Positions 11,501 to 25,087 of a stretch of 64,000 bases of DNA are shown one piece after another; position 1 is the first letter of the stretch, and each line of letters opens with the position of its first letter. The notes under the pieces were generated by a model. The model saw nothing but the letters and a program-made list of their open reading frames with translations. It was not told the DNA's origin and made no database searches. The DNA is from Azolla caroliniana (taxonomy: Eukaryota > Plantae > Polypodiophyta), in contig JBHGNT010000011.1 of the NCBI GenBank assembly GCA_043228905.1, positions 14,260,001 to 14,324,000 on the forward strand. Direction: 5' to 3'. Made by a program: the position numbers and the translations under genes.

Positions 11501-14500
11501 AATGTGCCAAATTTTAAAATATCATGTACGTTCAGCTTTGCTCCATGCAAAATACAATATGTTTTGCAACTATTGATTTTAGGTCGATGTATGGGAGGGT
11601 GGCTGAATTTAAGATCCATTGCATTGCAACCTCCGTCACATCTTTTAATATAAATTCTCACTACAATAAAAAGTCAAATAAAAAATAAATGTGGCCATGA
11701 AAAGTTTCATTAACAAATCTACCTGGAAGGTATGTAAACGAACACATCTACTAGTACAAGAACAGCTGAATTTGCAACACAACTTAATGACCTATCTATT
11801 GGAACAAAGACGAGATTGAAATTGAAACATCCTACATTCGTTTTTCTTCCTGCCAATGCATCTTCAGCCTTCTTTATTGTCCGAAAAATAGCTAAAATTG
11901 CAGGCAAATTATCACCATCTCCTTTATTTATGCCCTCATGGTCTTGATGCACCAAAGGTCTGAGAAAAAAGAGCAAACTCCTGCAAAGATCAGAGTAGAA
12001 ATCCAAGTTAAGAAAATAATATCAAATATAAAAGCTCCAAACATGAAAGATATTCCTTTAATCTCATTTGTTCTCAAATCTCCAAAGCACCTGTAAAACA
12101 ACTCATATGCATCTGCAATTTTGCACTTTTGATCGGGGAAAGATGGATGGTAAGCAAGAAGATGAACAAGATACACAAGAACATATTCTGGATTGTATGT
12201 GACAGAAGAAATATCCGATAGTGTAGTTAACCTCTGTTGTGCCTTAGCTTCAAGTCGCGCACTCTCAAAGAATTCAACTAAGTAATGTTTTGCCTGAATA
12301 TGGCCACAAGAAAATGGTTAGAATTCTGTGTTATATAACACAGTAAACAGAGCTTACAATTTAGTTCATCATATGTATTTTCTTACTTCTGCCAGCACAT
12401 CTCTCGCAGATTCTACAGAAAACAACGCATAACCACTTGCATATTTATGATGTAAAGTATGATCCTTAAGATACTGATGCAATTTCTTCAGGAAGCCATG
12501 TTTTACATTGGTGCATGAGTCCTGAATATAAACGATATTTGCAGGTACATAAAAATCGCAAATATGGATATAGACCAATACTTTTGAGGTATCAAAAAGG
12601 CTTTAACGAAAGTTAGGGTCTCAAGTTAGAAACTAGTAGATACCTGTGCTGTGAACATGCATAAATGAAACACTGGTGAGGGAATTTGAGTGTCCCATCG
12701 TCTTGCCAAACGCAATAGCCCTTTCACAGATGCAAGGCGTAATTGTGCTTTGTCAGTTTCACTGACAAGTAAAAGAAACAGGTTTTTAAGCAACCACAAA
12801 CCATAATAATGTAGGGTCTCAAATATAAACACGGGATTAATAATGTTTTAAATATAAACACCGGAATAAAAATGCCGGCATAAAAATGTCTACAACTGAT
12901 TTTTTGACAAGGTCAGGATACTGTATCATTAAAGGACAGGTTTCAAATACTGCAGAAGGAAGCATCATAATCGAATTTCATGATGGACTACACCTTGAAT
13001 TTGAAGCCTCTGAAATATCCCCACTAGGAATAAGCTTGGTTAGCAAACCAAGGAGGCCTCGTAAGCGCTTCCTTGGCTGTTGTTTCTGAGGAAGAAAACT
13101 CTTCACAAGGGTTTTAAGCCCAAATATCTGCAAATGTTCAATGGTTTTCTTCTACTCTGTAAATTGCTTTTGGCCATAATATGACTAAATTTTGTTATTT
13201 GGCCATAATAATATAATTAACTTTATGCGTTACGAAACAATAAAATATCACATCAAGGAACTCAAAAATTCAAAGTGACCTATGAGACCAAAAGTCACAT
13301 TCATGTGAATGTTATAGAATGTCTCCTACAGAGAAAATTAATACCTTGAGCTTACATATTGTACTTATCTTTTCACTGTCCTCAGGTTCAGCGACCCCAT
13401 CTTCCATCACCTATTCACAAAAATTTGTTAAATCCTGAATCAGATGTTGGCTAAATTTTTCATCAGCATATCAGACGTTATCAATTTCACTCACAGAATC
13501 TTTCTGTAGTAGAGACCTAACAACAAAACGAACAATATCATCTTCTTGAGTTTCAAATATGGGAACAGAAATCTCAGCAATGGACGAGAGTGATTGCAAG
13601 ACTGTTGGTAAAAATGGGTTGTCTTCTCGCAGTTCTTTAATCAAATGCTGTAACAATGAAGGGCAAAGTGGCCATCGGAGACCCACACAATCAAAGAATA
13701 TTCTGAATTTTACAAACTGGCTATAAACACAAACCTCATTTTAACAACAGAAAATAGCTTAAGCACTCACTCCATACAAGACTGACAATGCCTTAAACCC
13801 ATTATCAGCATTAATTGCCGCCAGAGCAGAGACAGCGTACTTTGCTTGCTTTCGGGTTCCTTCCAAGCAAAGCTTCTGGAGTGTTAACTCGATTCTGGCA
13901 AAACAAAACAGACAAAATGAATCAATTCAAATTCAGGAAGAAATTGCATGTGCATACTGAATCTGGTAACCTTCATTCTAAAATACAACAAAATTAATCA
14001 CCTGCCAACACCATCCATTTGATCACGAAATGAACTTCCAGCTTTTGCCAAAATATCTGCAACCTTTTCTTTGATCGTAGAATCACCTTCAAGTAAAAGG
14101 GTCGATAGGTCCTCTTTCACATCCTTAACCAGAAAAGGGAAAAAGCCTGCAAATTCCTGCATAACCCCAAAATAAGACACTAAATGGAGACGTTAAGGAA
14201 AACCAACCCACACCATTGATCACAATGAGCAATTAGATACTTACTGCAAGTAAGGTTAGCCCCTCAACCACAATCTCCCTATTAGAATCCTTCATATTCA
14301 AGGAGATTTCTTCCATAACCGCCTTGGTATGATCCTTCCCAAAAATCAAATAGGAACACCTAACTGCCAGTACTTTAATGAAATCGTGTTGGGGATGGTG
14401 CTCTCCAATACGCTTCAATAAATCCTCCTGTAAAGCAACAAAGGTGTGAACTCTTTTATTGAAGATGAAGATGGGTGAAGATATTACAAGGGGCTCTTGT

Positions 14501-17500
14501 TTTTCAAAAAGGTATACAAATTTATAAACATGTACAAATATTTTCCATTTTTGTGAAAAGTCTATCCACATTAGAGATTGTTATAGTTTCGCTTAGCATG
14601 TTATACTTCAGTATGATCATATACAGTTTTAGCATGGTGAACAGACCAAAAGTTTGAATTTAAAATTAAAAAACAAGAAAATTAAATATGATAGAAGAAA
14701 AGAGAGCAAAATATAGAAGAAACATATGCAAACACGAGTTGAGTGCAATCATTACGTCATGGTTAGCCAACTAAACATGTGCGAGATCATCAATTTCATC
14801 ATTATTCATAGTCTGCAATAAATAGCTATGCATTCTATCCATGCCATTAGTTTTCAGAATAGGCATATGTCATAGAACAAGCCAATGAATTGAATTTATA
14901 TCTGTTTTCTAGAATGGGCAAGTTCAGCCATGACGACGGCTTAACAACTAGCAAAGAGAATGGAATGACAAAAATAGCCCAATAAAAAGATATGTTTCAA
15001 TAATCCAACCAAACATGCAGATATCCTAAAAAAAGAGCATTAAAGTTTAAGTTCATCTCACTTTTATTAATTCAGACTCATTGAAGCTGGTCTGAGGATC
15101 CAGTAATTGGGAAAGGGCTTTGAATATTTTATTATCCTTCATGCTGTGAAGCTTTTGAAAATGCTCCTCAACTTTTCCATCATCCACAAAAAATAATGGC
15201 ATTGCCTTCAAAAGCTGCTGAATGTCAGGATCTTCATGGCCTACTTCCTAGCAGAAAGAAACATTGATCCACAAAATAATGAAAGCCATAACTAAGCTGA
15301 GGAATGTTAACTTGAGGGTGACTGTGACAAGTCACTAACCTTCTCTCCTTGGCGTAAAGCTAGATATTTCGACATTTCCTCTTGTAATCTACAAGAGGAG
15401 AAGAAAATCGGTCACCATAAAGTAAGTCTAGCTCAAAGCCGTTAAGTGCCGAAAACATACCTCCTTTTCTGTGAAAGAACTTTTATTAGTGCTTTTTTGT
15501 CATTTTCTTCAAAAACAGAATACATGGCAATCCAATGCTTTGTTCTCTCATGCACAGAAGCTTGACGTGGAAACAATCTTTCCACAAAGACCACCTCGAG
15601 TGCTGCTGGTCTGAATTACGAAACATGAAAACGAAGATGTAAATCTTTTTTGGTTTCAGGTAATCTATTTAACAGATAATGTTAATTGAGAAGTAGACTT
15701 TTGCAGGAAACGAAATGAAAGATGTCTGACTTGTCATACAGTCACCTTACATATCTACACAGCCTTCTGCACAAAGAACAATTTAAATGAAATTTTACCA
15801 GGTCCAGGTTCACAAACTCTAGGAAGTGAAATGTCATAAAAAATGGCATATTACATAGATGAAAACATTATAAACTTCACTGCAGCTATACATGTCCACG
15901 GCTTTGCACAATGAATCAGTCAGTAGCCTGATTGTCTGATTGTATACTCTGAGCTGAACCATTATACTTAATTGTGCTTAGAATTAATCCTGCATCAGTC
16001 TCAGATAATGACTCAACTTCTTTATAGTTATGGATCCACTGGTGTAGTTGTGTCATGACTCATGACACATGGTTATACATAATAAACAGCATTTGAATCA
16101 TGAACTTAATTTCTAATCTGTTCGTATGCATGAATCAAATTATGGAGCAGCAAGTTGCAAATTCATTAACGGTTGGACTTCAAGAGCTGAGCTCATCTTT
16201 GACTCCAAAAACCATTGTCAAAATCCATTAGCACTAATTGGCACTTATATGCCGAATTGCCTTTTTTCAACTTCAAGCATTTGACTTTGAACCTAATTAT
16301 TGGCGCAGTTTGGTCGCCTCATGGTGTTGATCAGCCTATATTACGCTACATTTATAACCACGGCCAGACCATCTAGTTATGAGTTTTTCAATTTTTCTTC
16401 AAGGAGCATCTTTTTGCTCTTTTTCTCCTTTTTTGAGGTTGTAAAATTCTCATCACTTATTTAATATTTTTGCTAGGCACCAGTGCTTCCAGATTATCAC
16501 CTCTATCCCACCCAAAAATACTTTGCACACTTTGATTTCCATTACACAGACCCTCTTCTCTTCACATAATTACATGTTATTTAGGGAATTCACAATGATT
16601 CTTATTCAATTATCAGTTACTATCTGAATCATTTCCCCATACTTTTTACCCTCCATATCCACTCAGTGACTTGTTGTTGGTAGAGTAAGTTCTATTTTTC
16701 TGTTCTCGGTTACCCCACCAAAGAACCATACTTCAGGTGTTGCATATATGCCTAAGTAACACATGTGTTTACATACATACATGGATATCATGAATATATG
16801 TGTGGGTATTTGCATGATGGAGAATGTGTCCCATGCATGTAGACTATAACTGCATATCATAGTATTGAAGAGTTTTATCATGGGTTACCTGAACTCCTTC
16901 ACATCTTTGTCATAGCAACATCGAAGTAGTTTACCAGGAATCCATTCCAGTTGTTTGTCTATAGAAGCAATGCCATCACAACATTTTAAAGCATAAATCC
17001 TATAAACCTCAGCCAGTCTTAGGAAAGATTCCTTTCTTACAAGAACCTGGAAAAGATCTTTCAACAATCAGAAATGGATACATAATTTAATTTAGCATTA
17101 TACAATGAAGTTCCATAATGCCAGGCAATACCTTCTTGTCCCGCAGCCGATCTGCAACATGTTTAAGAAGTGAAACTGGAATCCATCTGACATTTTGCTT
17201 AGCAACATCACAAATGGCAGCTACTGTATGGAGCCTAACTGTTTCCTCACTGTCCAGAATACGATCATCTAATCCATCTATTTATAATGATTCAAAGGGA
17301 GTGAAATTAGCAATACAGCGGATATTAATACTCCACTCTCTCAATTTGATCCGGATTACCACCTAAAATTTCATTCAGTTCAGACATAGAAGGATTTGCT
17401 TTCAGGCACTCTTTTGCACAATTTATCATTGCAAGGCGAACTTCAACAGCTTTATCAGTGAATCTTTTTAGAAACTCCAAGTATAATTGTCGGTATTCCT

Positions 17501-20500
17501 TTGCCACATGGTGACCTGGGAGAGCAAACAACCTCCCAAGCAATTTTACAGCTTTCAAACGTACATTTACTTGATCATTCTGCGCCAGGAAAAAGAAACA
17601 AATTTTCAGCTCATAGCATGTCAGAGTTTCAATAGAAAGATTTCCTTGAATGAAAGTATTCATCAAAATCACAGCATAAAAGACATTTCTGAGAAATAAA
17701 AATTGCACATACATATGTCTGAAAATGTGACATACCACTAGTTCCTGCGTAAAATTGGGAATAACAGCAAGAAGCATTTGTGGTGCGCATTGATAGATTT
17801 CATACACAATATCATGATAATATGTATGCAAATCAATTTCTGCTTCCCCGCCTTCCAACATCACAGAAGTCAACAAACGTTGAACATAAGGCTCAAGTTT
17901 GTCTGCACATTGCTGAACTACCCCAACGGCCAGTTTATGTGCAACAGAAGAGACACCCTGTAAGAAACACCAGACCATCAAGCACAGCAAGGTCATCAAC
18001 TTCATCGTGATATTCTAAATAATGTAATGGTATCCCTGGAACACATAGCTTGTTGGAAAATGAAAAAGATTGGGAGTAATTGGTACCATTTGCAACTACA
18101 AAGAGCACAATACAGAGAGAGGTGTTCATATATCTACCTCTTCAATGCAAGTCTATGTCACAATAGTTTTCTCAAAGGAAACCAGAACCTCTAGGGATAA
18201 AGATGGCTAAATCAACCTCGATTGGAATCTCTATACAGCTCAGACATTCACAGGTAAGTTCACACCAGGATTCATCATATGCAACAAAAGTCGAAAGTAC
18301 AGTGGGCAGGTTCACTTTCACATATGACACACATGAAAGTACATGAAAAAGAATGAAACAAGCAGCACATCGTCCATAACCAAGACCATGCTCATGGCAT
18401 TTTGTTTAGTTTATACTCTATCCAAAATAAATTATTTGTATTGATTCGTTTCACATTGGACAACCAAAAAATGAAGATCAGTTTTAAATTTCACATATTT
18501 ATTACTCATAACTATACCTTCTTCTGCTTCAATAAGTGTTTCAATATAAGATCTAACATAGGCAAGGGAATTGTTTCACTTTCTTCTAAAGTGGCTACCA
18601 TTACTGTTTGCATTGCAGCAAGTACTGAAGAAGAATGCTTGTCACTGTCAATCAACAAGCAGGAAATGAACAAGAATATACTATACATAGAAAAAGACTT
18701 TTCCTAAACTAATACAGCAAGTAAACATACAAATGAACTGCAAATAAACTATTTAATACATACATAGCAACTGAGAAGAAAATTTGAAACATCTCCATGA
18801 TAAGATCGTCACAGCCGACATCTAACATCAGTACACATAATCTGAGATTTGCTAGTATCTCTAAGATAATGATCCTCCTTGCATAAGATGAGCTGGAGAT
18901 GTCCTTCAAATCATGAAATGCAGAAACAACCTCTTCAAATATTTCCTGCAAAAAAAGAGTAAGGCTCTCTCTCTCATCTACCTGACTTGAAAATCTTACA
19001 TGGATAGTCATGTCTTATTCTATTTCTATTTACTTTTTCACTAACATTTATTTTGCTTTGTTGTTCTCATTTTTTTAAGATGTAGTCTCATTTACTTACT
19101 TTTTAAGACGAGATAACATTTTAAGATGTAATCAATTGTTTGGTCTTACAGGCCATTTTGGCCTCTTAAAAGACATTAATCTCTCCACAAAATGTGAGAA
19201 ATGTCATTGATTGGTTATAATTTGGGAAGGCCCAGGATCATGACGGATTGGTTGGTGAGCACTTTATCTATGCCTATGACATCTTGCTCCCATTGTTGGC
19301 ACACATCTTTAATAGAGCCATGTGTGAAGGTTTACCTATAAGATGCACAGAACATACCATTGTGCCAATCCTCTAGAGTGGAAACCCCACAATGCTGAGC
19401 AACTATAGGACAATCATGATTGGCCATTACTTGGTTAAACTCTATGGCTAGATCCTATAGTCAGAACTGAGTATATGGGCAGAGTGAAATCGCTGTTGTA
19501 CGGCTGACAGGCAGGCTTTCAGAAGGGGTTCACAACTTTGGATCACATATTGACCTGACCCTCCAAGCCCTTATCGAGGAGAACAGCCAATAATAAGTGG
19601 ATTTATTGCTGCTTTGTGGATTTCCGAAAAGCCTTTGATGTTGTCGTGTACTCGGCTTATGCAACAGTTAGAAGCCATTGGTGTCCCTACAGATATGCAA
19701 TGGGGAATCTATGCACTGTATGAATCCGTGTCAGGAAAAGTGTGGTTTCCCAATGGTTTGTCAAAGGCAGTGGCTAGCACAATCGAAGTGAAACAAGGAT
19801 GCCCACTATCGCCCGCTCTCTTCGGCTTCTATATAGATCAGATATCACATTACATAGAGAGATTTGGGGGTTCGGAAGCATGCGTAGCAGGTATAGCTAT
19901 ACAAATATTACTATACGCTGATGATATTGTGCTGATTTCTGACTCTCCGAAGGGACTACAAAGACATCTAAATGCCTTAAAACTATTTTGTATGGACAAA
20001 GGTTTGTCAATAAACTGGATAAAACTAAAGCGATGGTGTTTAACACCACTTAAGCATGGGTAAAAACATCAGAACCAGAATTCTTCTTGGGCGAGGAAAA
20101 GGTAGCATGCACGCGCTCCTACACATGCCTAGGAGTAACATTTACATGGCCTAGGTTCTCCTTACAAGAGGCTGCTTGTGCCCGACTTTCTCGTGGATTT
20201 GCAGCTCCTGGTGCTCTCGAAAGACAATGTGCATATTTGCAGTTCCAAGAGCCACGAACTAAACTATAGCTATTTGATACACATGTGATACCAACCCTTC
20301 TCTTTGGAATAGAAACGTGGGAACTAAGTCTTAACAAGGAAAATGATACATGATTGCCCACATAATAAGGATCAAAGAATCAGTGCACCATGATACAATT
20401 CGGACAGAGATGAGAGCAGCCCCTATAATCACCACAGCCTTATTCCGATCATTGACCTTTGTCATCAAGACAACTGGCTGAACATGGAGACATTCATTGT

Positions 20501-23500
20501 TGGTATGTTGAAATGCCGCAATGGTTTGAGTCACATGGCGTAAGCATAAATGCACTACCCCCATTCCAATTTAGTTGGAATTGTTCCCATCTAAACATGA
20601 CCAAAGTGGAAAAGAATAAAGTGATCCAAACTGAAATTATTAACTTGAAAAACAATATAATATGCATCAGCCCCAAAATATCATTTTGTACTAAGATGAC
20701 CCACTATAAGACACACATTGGAGGTGGATTCATCATCAGGCCATCTTATATGGACATAATCCATCCTACGCACAGTGAAGTGTGATAGGGCAGCTGCAAA
20801 CTTCATCACATCAATTAGAGATTGAGGTAGGATGATATGCATGAATACCTCTACAAGAAAGAATTTGCCAATTATGTCATCAAGGAGTAGAATCCGAAGA
20901 ACACTATGTTTCTCACTGTAGTATCTTTAATCAAATAAGAGGGAGATACCATTTCCTCTTTAAACAAGGCTTTGGCCCACAATGCAAGGTAATGGAATAT
21001 GAGGACAACTGGTGCCTAGGGCCTTTCTTGCTAGAACTCAAGACACAGGGAAAAGTGGTTGAAGGACAAAAGTACAGCCACACAAGCTCATCCACAAAGA
21101 ACAATCACAACTTTCTTTAGCCCCATTACTCCTACTAATGCTACAAGTCAATCAAGGGCTACACAACTAGGCTCCCAACCAAGACATAACAAAGGGGTTA
21201 CAATAGATCGGGCAATAGCGATTTGTCATGCTCGTAGGCCCCAGACCCATGGACTATGATCTCACTATCCTTGTGATCAACAAATAAAGGCCATATTTCC
21301 TGCCATAGCAAGCATTGAAGTTATAGGCCATTTTGGCCTCTTAAAAGGATTTAATATATCTTTCTTTCGCTCTCGTAGAGCCCTAACACTCCTTAGCACT
21401 CGATCACAAAACCTAGGTATTGAAGTTGCATTAGGGAATCAAAATCAGCCAAATATAACGCATGTAACGTATGCAAGGAAGGGCTAGTAGAGGATGAGTA
21501 TCACTTGCTTTTTAAGTGCTCTGCATATAGTGCAATTCGTGAAAGCAATGATGATATATTAAGAGGAGGTCATGACTTGATTGTCACACTAAAGAGAACA
21601 GATAGAAGGTTGAGCTCATATGTGTATGCCTTATTCGCACACCGAGACTTGGGGCTTCAAAGTATGAATATCCCTTCTTAGGAAGGAGACACACATCAAG
21701 GTAACTTTTTTACTTGGGTCCTATGGGTCAATATTGGCCTGTCTATGGGTCAATATCATGCTACGAGTCAATCAAGAGCTACACAAATGAGCTTCAGACT
21801 AGGACATTGCAAAGAGGTTACAATCGATCGGACAATAGCAATTTGCCATGCATGTAGGCCCTAGCCTCGTGCACCATGACCTCACCACCCTTTTCATCAT
21901 CAGATAAGGCCACTATCTCCCACCACCACAACTGCTTCCGTTGCTTCGGAGACCTCTCCATTCTGGATCGAGTTATGTGACTTGAGAATCTTACGTGCAT
22001 AGATGATGAGACTCTTTAGTCTTGACCACAATATGTAAAAGAGGTTAACAATAGATCAGCCAATAGAATTTTATCGTGAACGTAACCATATTTGTCTAGA
22101 CCACAGCTTGGCACCCTTGTTACTGAAAAATCAAGCCCGTTATCACCTGACACCAAAGCTGCTTCCCTCGGTTCAAAATTTTCTCAATCCTAGATGAAAC
22201 CATAATGGAGATCTTTCAAACGGAGAAGTTTCCATTGATCTAAGTTCTGAATGTTAAATGCTTAGCTAATGAGAATATCTGGTATCTTAGGCAGTCTTAC
22301 TAACTTACTTATATTTATTTTGGTTTGCTGTTCTCAAAGATGAGACAGCTTTTCAATAAGTAACTTCTTGTTCAAACTCATTGGCCATTTTGGCCACTTA
22401 TAAGAGTCATATTTCTTTATATCTTTATTTTTTCCTAGAAATTTACCCAAGCATAAATATAAATAGAAGATATGAGAACTTTAATTTGTCGCCATACCTC
22501 AGCAATGGACCGCTCAGGATTTCTTTGACAACATAACCTCCTGGCATGTTCAATAGCAAGACCATCCGGTATGTCCAAAGTTGTTACCAGATATTTGCTA
22601 CATTTTCTAAATCAGGGCCTGATTAACTTGTAGAGACTTTAGTGTACCTAAAACACTTTCAAAGTTTTTATTATTACATGTTTCTTGAAGTTTGTCCTCC
22701 ATTCATGTAACCTACTTGTAGCCCAAGCTTCGATGATGTAAAGACCCATATGAGGAGGAGAGGCCAATATTATCATTATTTATCAGCTAGCTCCAAGTTT
22801 TAACACTGGAAACGGTCTTATTGCAAGAAGGTCAATGTGGGCTCGAGTATGTTGAGTGGGATTGAGGTTGTATCCCACCCTTGTTGAGACAGGGATATTT
22901 CAGGGAATTTGGGAGTAAAATCCCACCAGCAGGATCAAGGGTAGCGTATATGACCTACAATGTAATCAATGAATTGATTATTGTAGTAACTGTACCTATG
23001 TTCTGACCGTTGACTAGAAGATGGTCGCACTTTAATCAACAGATTAATTGTCATTCTCAGCCCTAAAAAATACGCACCCAAAGGCTATAGCATACACAGT
23101 ATAACATCATTTACTTTATTAATACAGTTCTCCATCCAGGTTCATTAAAATCTATCTTAAGAACACACAGGTGGACAGTATCAGCAACAGTCTATCATAC
23201 TTAACAGTAGTTATAATTTGATAAATACAAATCCACGTTCTTCCTATTGTCAATTCATACATTAATCATTGTTATATGTTGCACTCCATTTCTCATGTTA
23301 TGAATTAAATTTATTAAAAGCAGAAAGCCTAAAAGAATCTATATCATTTGGAACTATTGACTAGCCTTAGAGCCTAAAATCCATGTTTGGCAAGGATTCG
23401 AAAAAACAAACCTGTAACTCTTTGTCACTGTAGGGTGCATCTGGAGCCACAATCCTTAACATCTCCATTATGCAAGTCGTGGTAAGAAGTCTAACATCTT

Positions 23501-23780
23501 TGTCTTTGTGTTTAATTAATGCAGGAAGGACTAATGCCTTCACTAAGGGATCAAGAGGTGCTTTAACATCTTGTGATTGTTTCATTTCAGACAAAATTTC
23601 TGCAGCTTGCTACAAACAAGAGAAACTCACAATGCTAAGAACAGGATGCAATATATGACTATTTTCTGAGAAGTATGCATTTCAATTTACCTTAAGCTGT
23701 TTGAGGATTGCATCTTTAGTATGGGGAGGATGTGACAATTGTTTTCCTATGGAGGAAAGACGTTGTACTGACCTCGTCAT
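8506..23780 (-). CDS. PDS5: Sister chromatid cohesion protein PDS5 (PDS5A-like HEAT-repeat cohesin cofactor), ~25-30 coding exons; last exon uncertain
   Basis: ATG at 23780 (MTRSVQRLSSIGKQLSHPPHTKDAILKQLK); exon 23609-23412 LIKHKDKDVRLLTTTCIMEMLRIVAPDAPYSD; LRLCVLMLDVGCDDLIMEMFQIFF; YHDIVYEIYQCAPQMLLAVIPNFTQEL; DQVNVRLKAVKLLGRLF...FLKRFTDKAVEVR; WIPGKLLRCCYDKD; DKAQLRLASVKGLLRLARRWD; YNPEYVLVYLVHLLAYHPSFP; charged C-terminal exons 10370-9190. The end given assumes a final exon LHEKQFLQWKEKFEHNEH* (TAG 8506-8508), which is a guess. Confidence 0.9.
9085..9214. repeat. 66-bp tandem duplication spanning a PDS5 exon end and its 5' splice site
   Basis: aaagatatatttcaacacaatcaataaa(t/c)agattcttaccagagtttcatcctcctccgatgct at 9085-9148 and 9151-9214, one mismatch. 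Confidence 0.95.
18960..19185 (+). mobile_element. Short 3'-terminal LINE fragment in the PDS5 intron
   Basis: Shares tgacttga(a/g)aatcttac and tttatttt...tg(t/c)tgttctca with the LINE 3' region at 21979-22340 and ends in the family terminal motif ggccattttggcctcttaaaagacattaat. Confidence 0.6.
19200..21374 (+). mobile_element. 5'-truncated, decayed non-LTR retrotransposon (LINE, RTE-like) in the large PDS5 intron, antisense to the gene
   Basis: Broken RT reading frame: NYRTIMIG, QAGFR, CFVDFRKAFD, VKQGCPLSPALF, LLYADDIVLIS; C-terminal zinc knuckle ERICQLCHQGVESEEHYVSHC at ~20856-20920; many stops and frameshifts; ends in ggccattttggcctcttaaaagg...atatatctttctttc. Confidence 0.88.
21400..22423 (+). 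mobile_element. Further stacked LINE 3' fragments
   Basis: Second zinc-knuckle remnant (VEDEYHLLFKCSAYSAIR ~21487-21540), two more diverged copies of the aaag(g/a)ggttacaat(a/c)gatc module (21811, 22038) and terminal ggccattttggcc at 22383. Confidence 0.7.
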
Positions 23781-23959
23781 AGCTAGATAGCCAGCTAGCT
23801 ACCAGCAGAGATGAGTTATTATGTGTTCTTTGTTCTCTATTGTCATAAACAGAGAGCTCGATGTCTTTCTAAAGCTTCTAAATCCTTCAGAAGATGTCTG
23901 TGAAAACAATTAGCATCAAAACTCTGCAGACCGCCAAAAAAAGTTGCAAGGAAATTCTC

Positions 23960-24545
23960 CTAAAAAAGAGATTCTCAATCTGAAATGCCAATAAAAGTTT
24001 AAAACACGGTTTAACTCATTTAAAGGAGCTATTTTCCATCTGAAATATAAAAGAGACCAATACATGGATAGATTCGATCTGAAATATCAAAAAAGAGTTG
24101 AAAAGACAGGAAGTTCTGATAAAGAAGCTATTCTTGGTTTGAAAATGTCAAATAAGAGCTCGAAAACTAAGATACATTCTGCTGAATTATCAATCTGCAA
24201 AACGTCAAATAGAGTTCGAAAACACGGAAATTCTAATAAAAATTCTTGACCTGAAATGTAATAAAAGAGCTAAAAACAAAGAGAAATTCTGCAAAGAAAT
24301 GGAACTTTTATTGTAATTATAAAATAGAGCTCGAAAACGCAGAGAGAATTTCTCTCAAAAAACAATTCTTGATCTGAAATATCAAAAGGAGGTCGACAAC
24401 CAAGACAAATTCGTCTGTAAAAATGCTTCCCGGCCTTCAATATCAAAATAATGTCCAGAACGCATAAAAATCCAGCAAAGAAGTGATTTCAGATCTGCGA
24501 TATCAAAAAGGGGTCGAAAGACACAAAATATTTTGCTGAAGAAGC
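23960..24545. repeat. Degenerate ~55-60-bp tandem array (~10 copies) in the predicted PDS5 5'-UTR intron
   Basis: Recurrent attcttgatctgaaatatcaaaa(a)gagctcgaaaac-like unit; tctgaaat-like cores near 23979, 24039, 24078, 24138, 24194, 24250, 24373, 24494. Confidence 0.75.
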
Positions 24546-24635
24546 AGGCGCACGATCTCAAAAGAAAACAGGTATTAGAATTTCAGGCTAAAAGAGGCCA
24601 TAGAGAAAATGTCCTTGACGGTAATGTTTGAGGAG

Positions 24636-24639
<4 letters not shown>

Positions 24640-24666
<27 letters not shown>
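24640..24666. repeat. (GA)n microsatellite
   Basis: Direct reading. Confidence 0.9.
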
Positions 24667-24675
<9 letters not shown>

Positions 24676-24906
24676 AGGCACACAGAAAGAGAGAGACTTG
24701 CGTCGATCTCAGAAAAGGACGAGAGTTGAAGCGAACCTGGCATGAAAGGTAGAACTGAGGGAGCCAGCCAGAGGAAGAAGCAACCCAAGCTCTAGCTATG
24801 GTGAAAACTCAAATCCAAGAGCCTGAAAGCCTGAACCTTTGGGTTGGGCGAGACCCTAACCCTAATGCTGCGAAAAAGCTTCGTCGTCTTCTCCGCTAGC
24901 AGAAGC

Positions 24907-24914
24907 GCGGCAAA
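24907..24914 (-). promoter_or_regulatory. Candidate E2F site (TTTGCCGC) in the PDS5 promoter/5' region, near a telo-box-like ccctaaccctaa (24855-24866)
   Basis: Exact match to TTTSSCGC in a GC-richer patch just upstream of the predicted first (non-coding) exon; cohesin genes are common E2F targets. Motif match only. Confidence 0.4.
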
Positions 24915-24999
24915 AATGCTTCGGGAGGGAGGGGGGTTACCAAGGATTCTGCATGTCTAAGACTTCATAATCACGAATGGATGAAAGAATGGATTTCAC

Positions 25000-25075
<76 letters not shown>

Positions 25076-25087
25076 GGTGGTGGTGGA
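25000..25087. repeat. Compound (ATG)n(GTG)n microsatellite
   Basis: Direct reading; produces the spurious poly-M/poly-V ORF 24981-25226. Confidence 0.95.

Noticed and set aside
2-23780. MS1/MMD1-like PHD gene and PDS5 as a meiotic gene cluster
   Set aside because: Only two genes, separated by unrelated AIM24, opposite strands; no synteny or co-expression evidence available.
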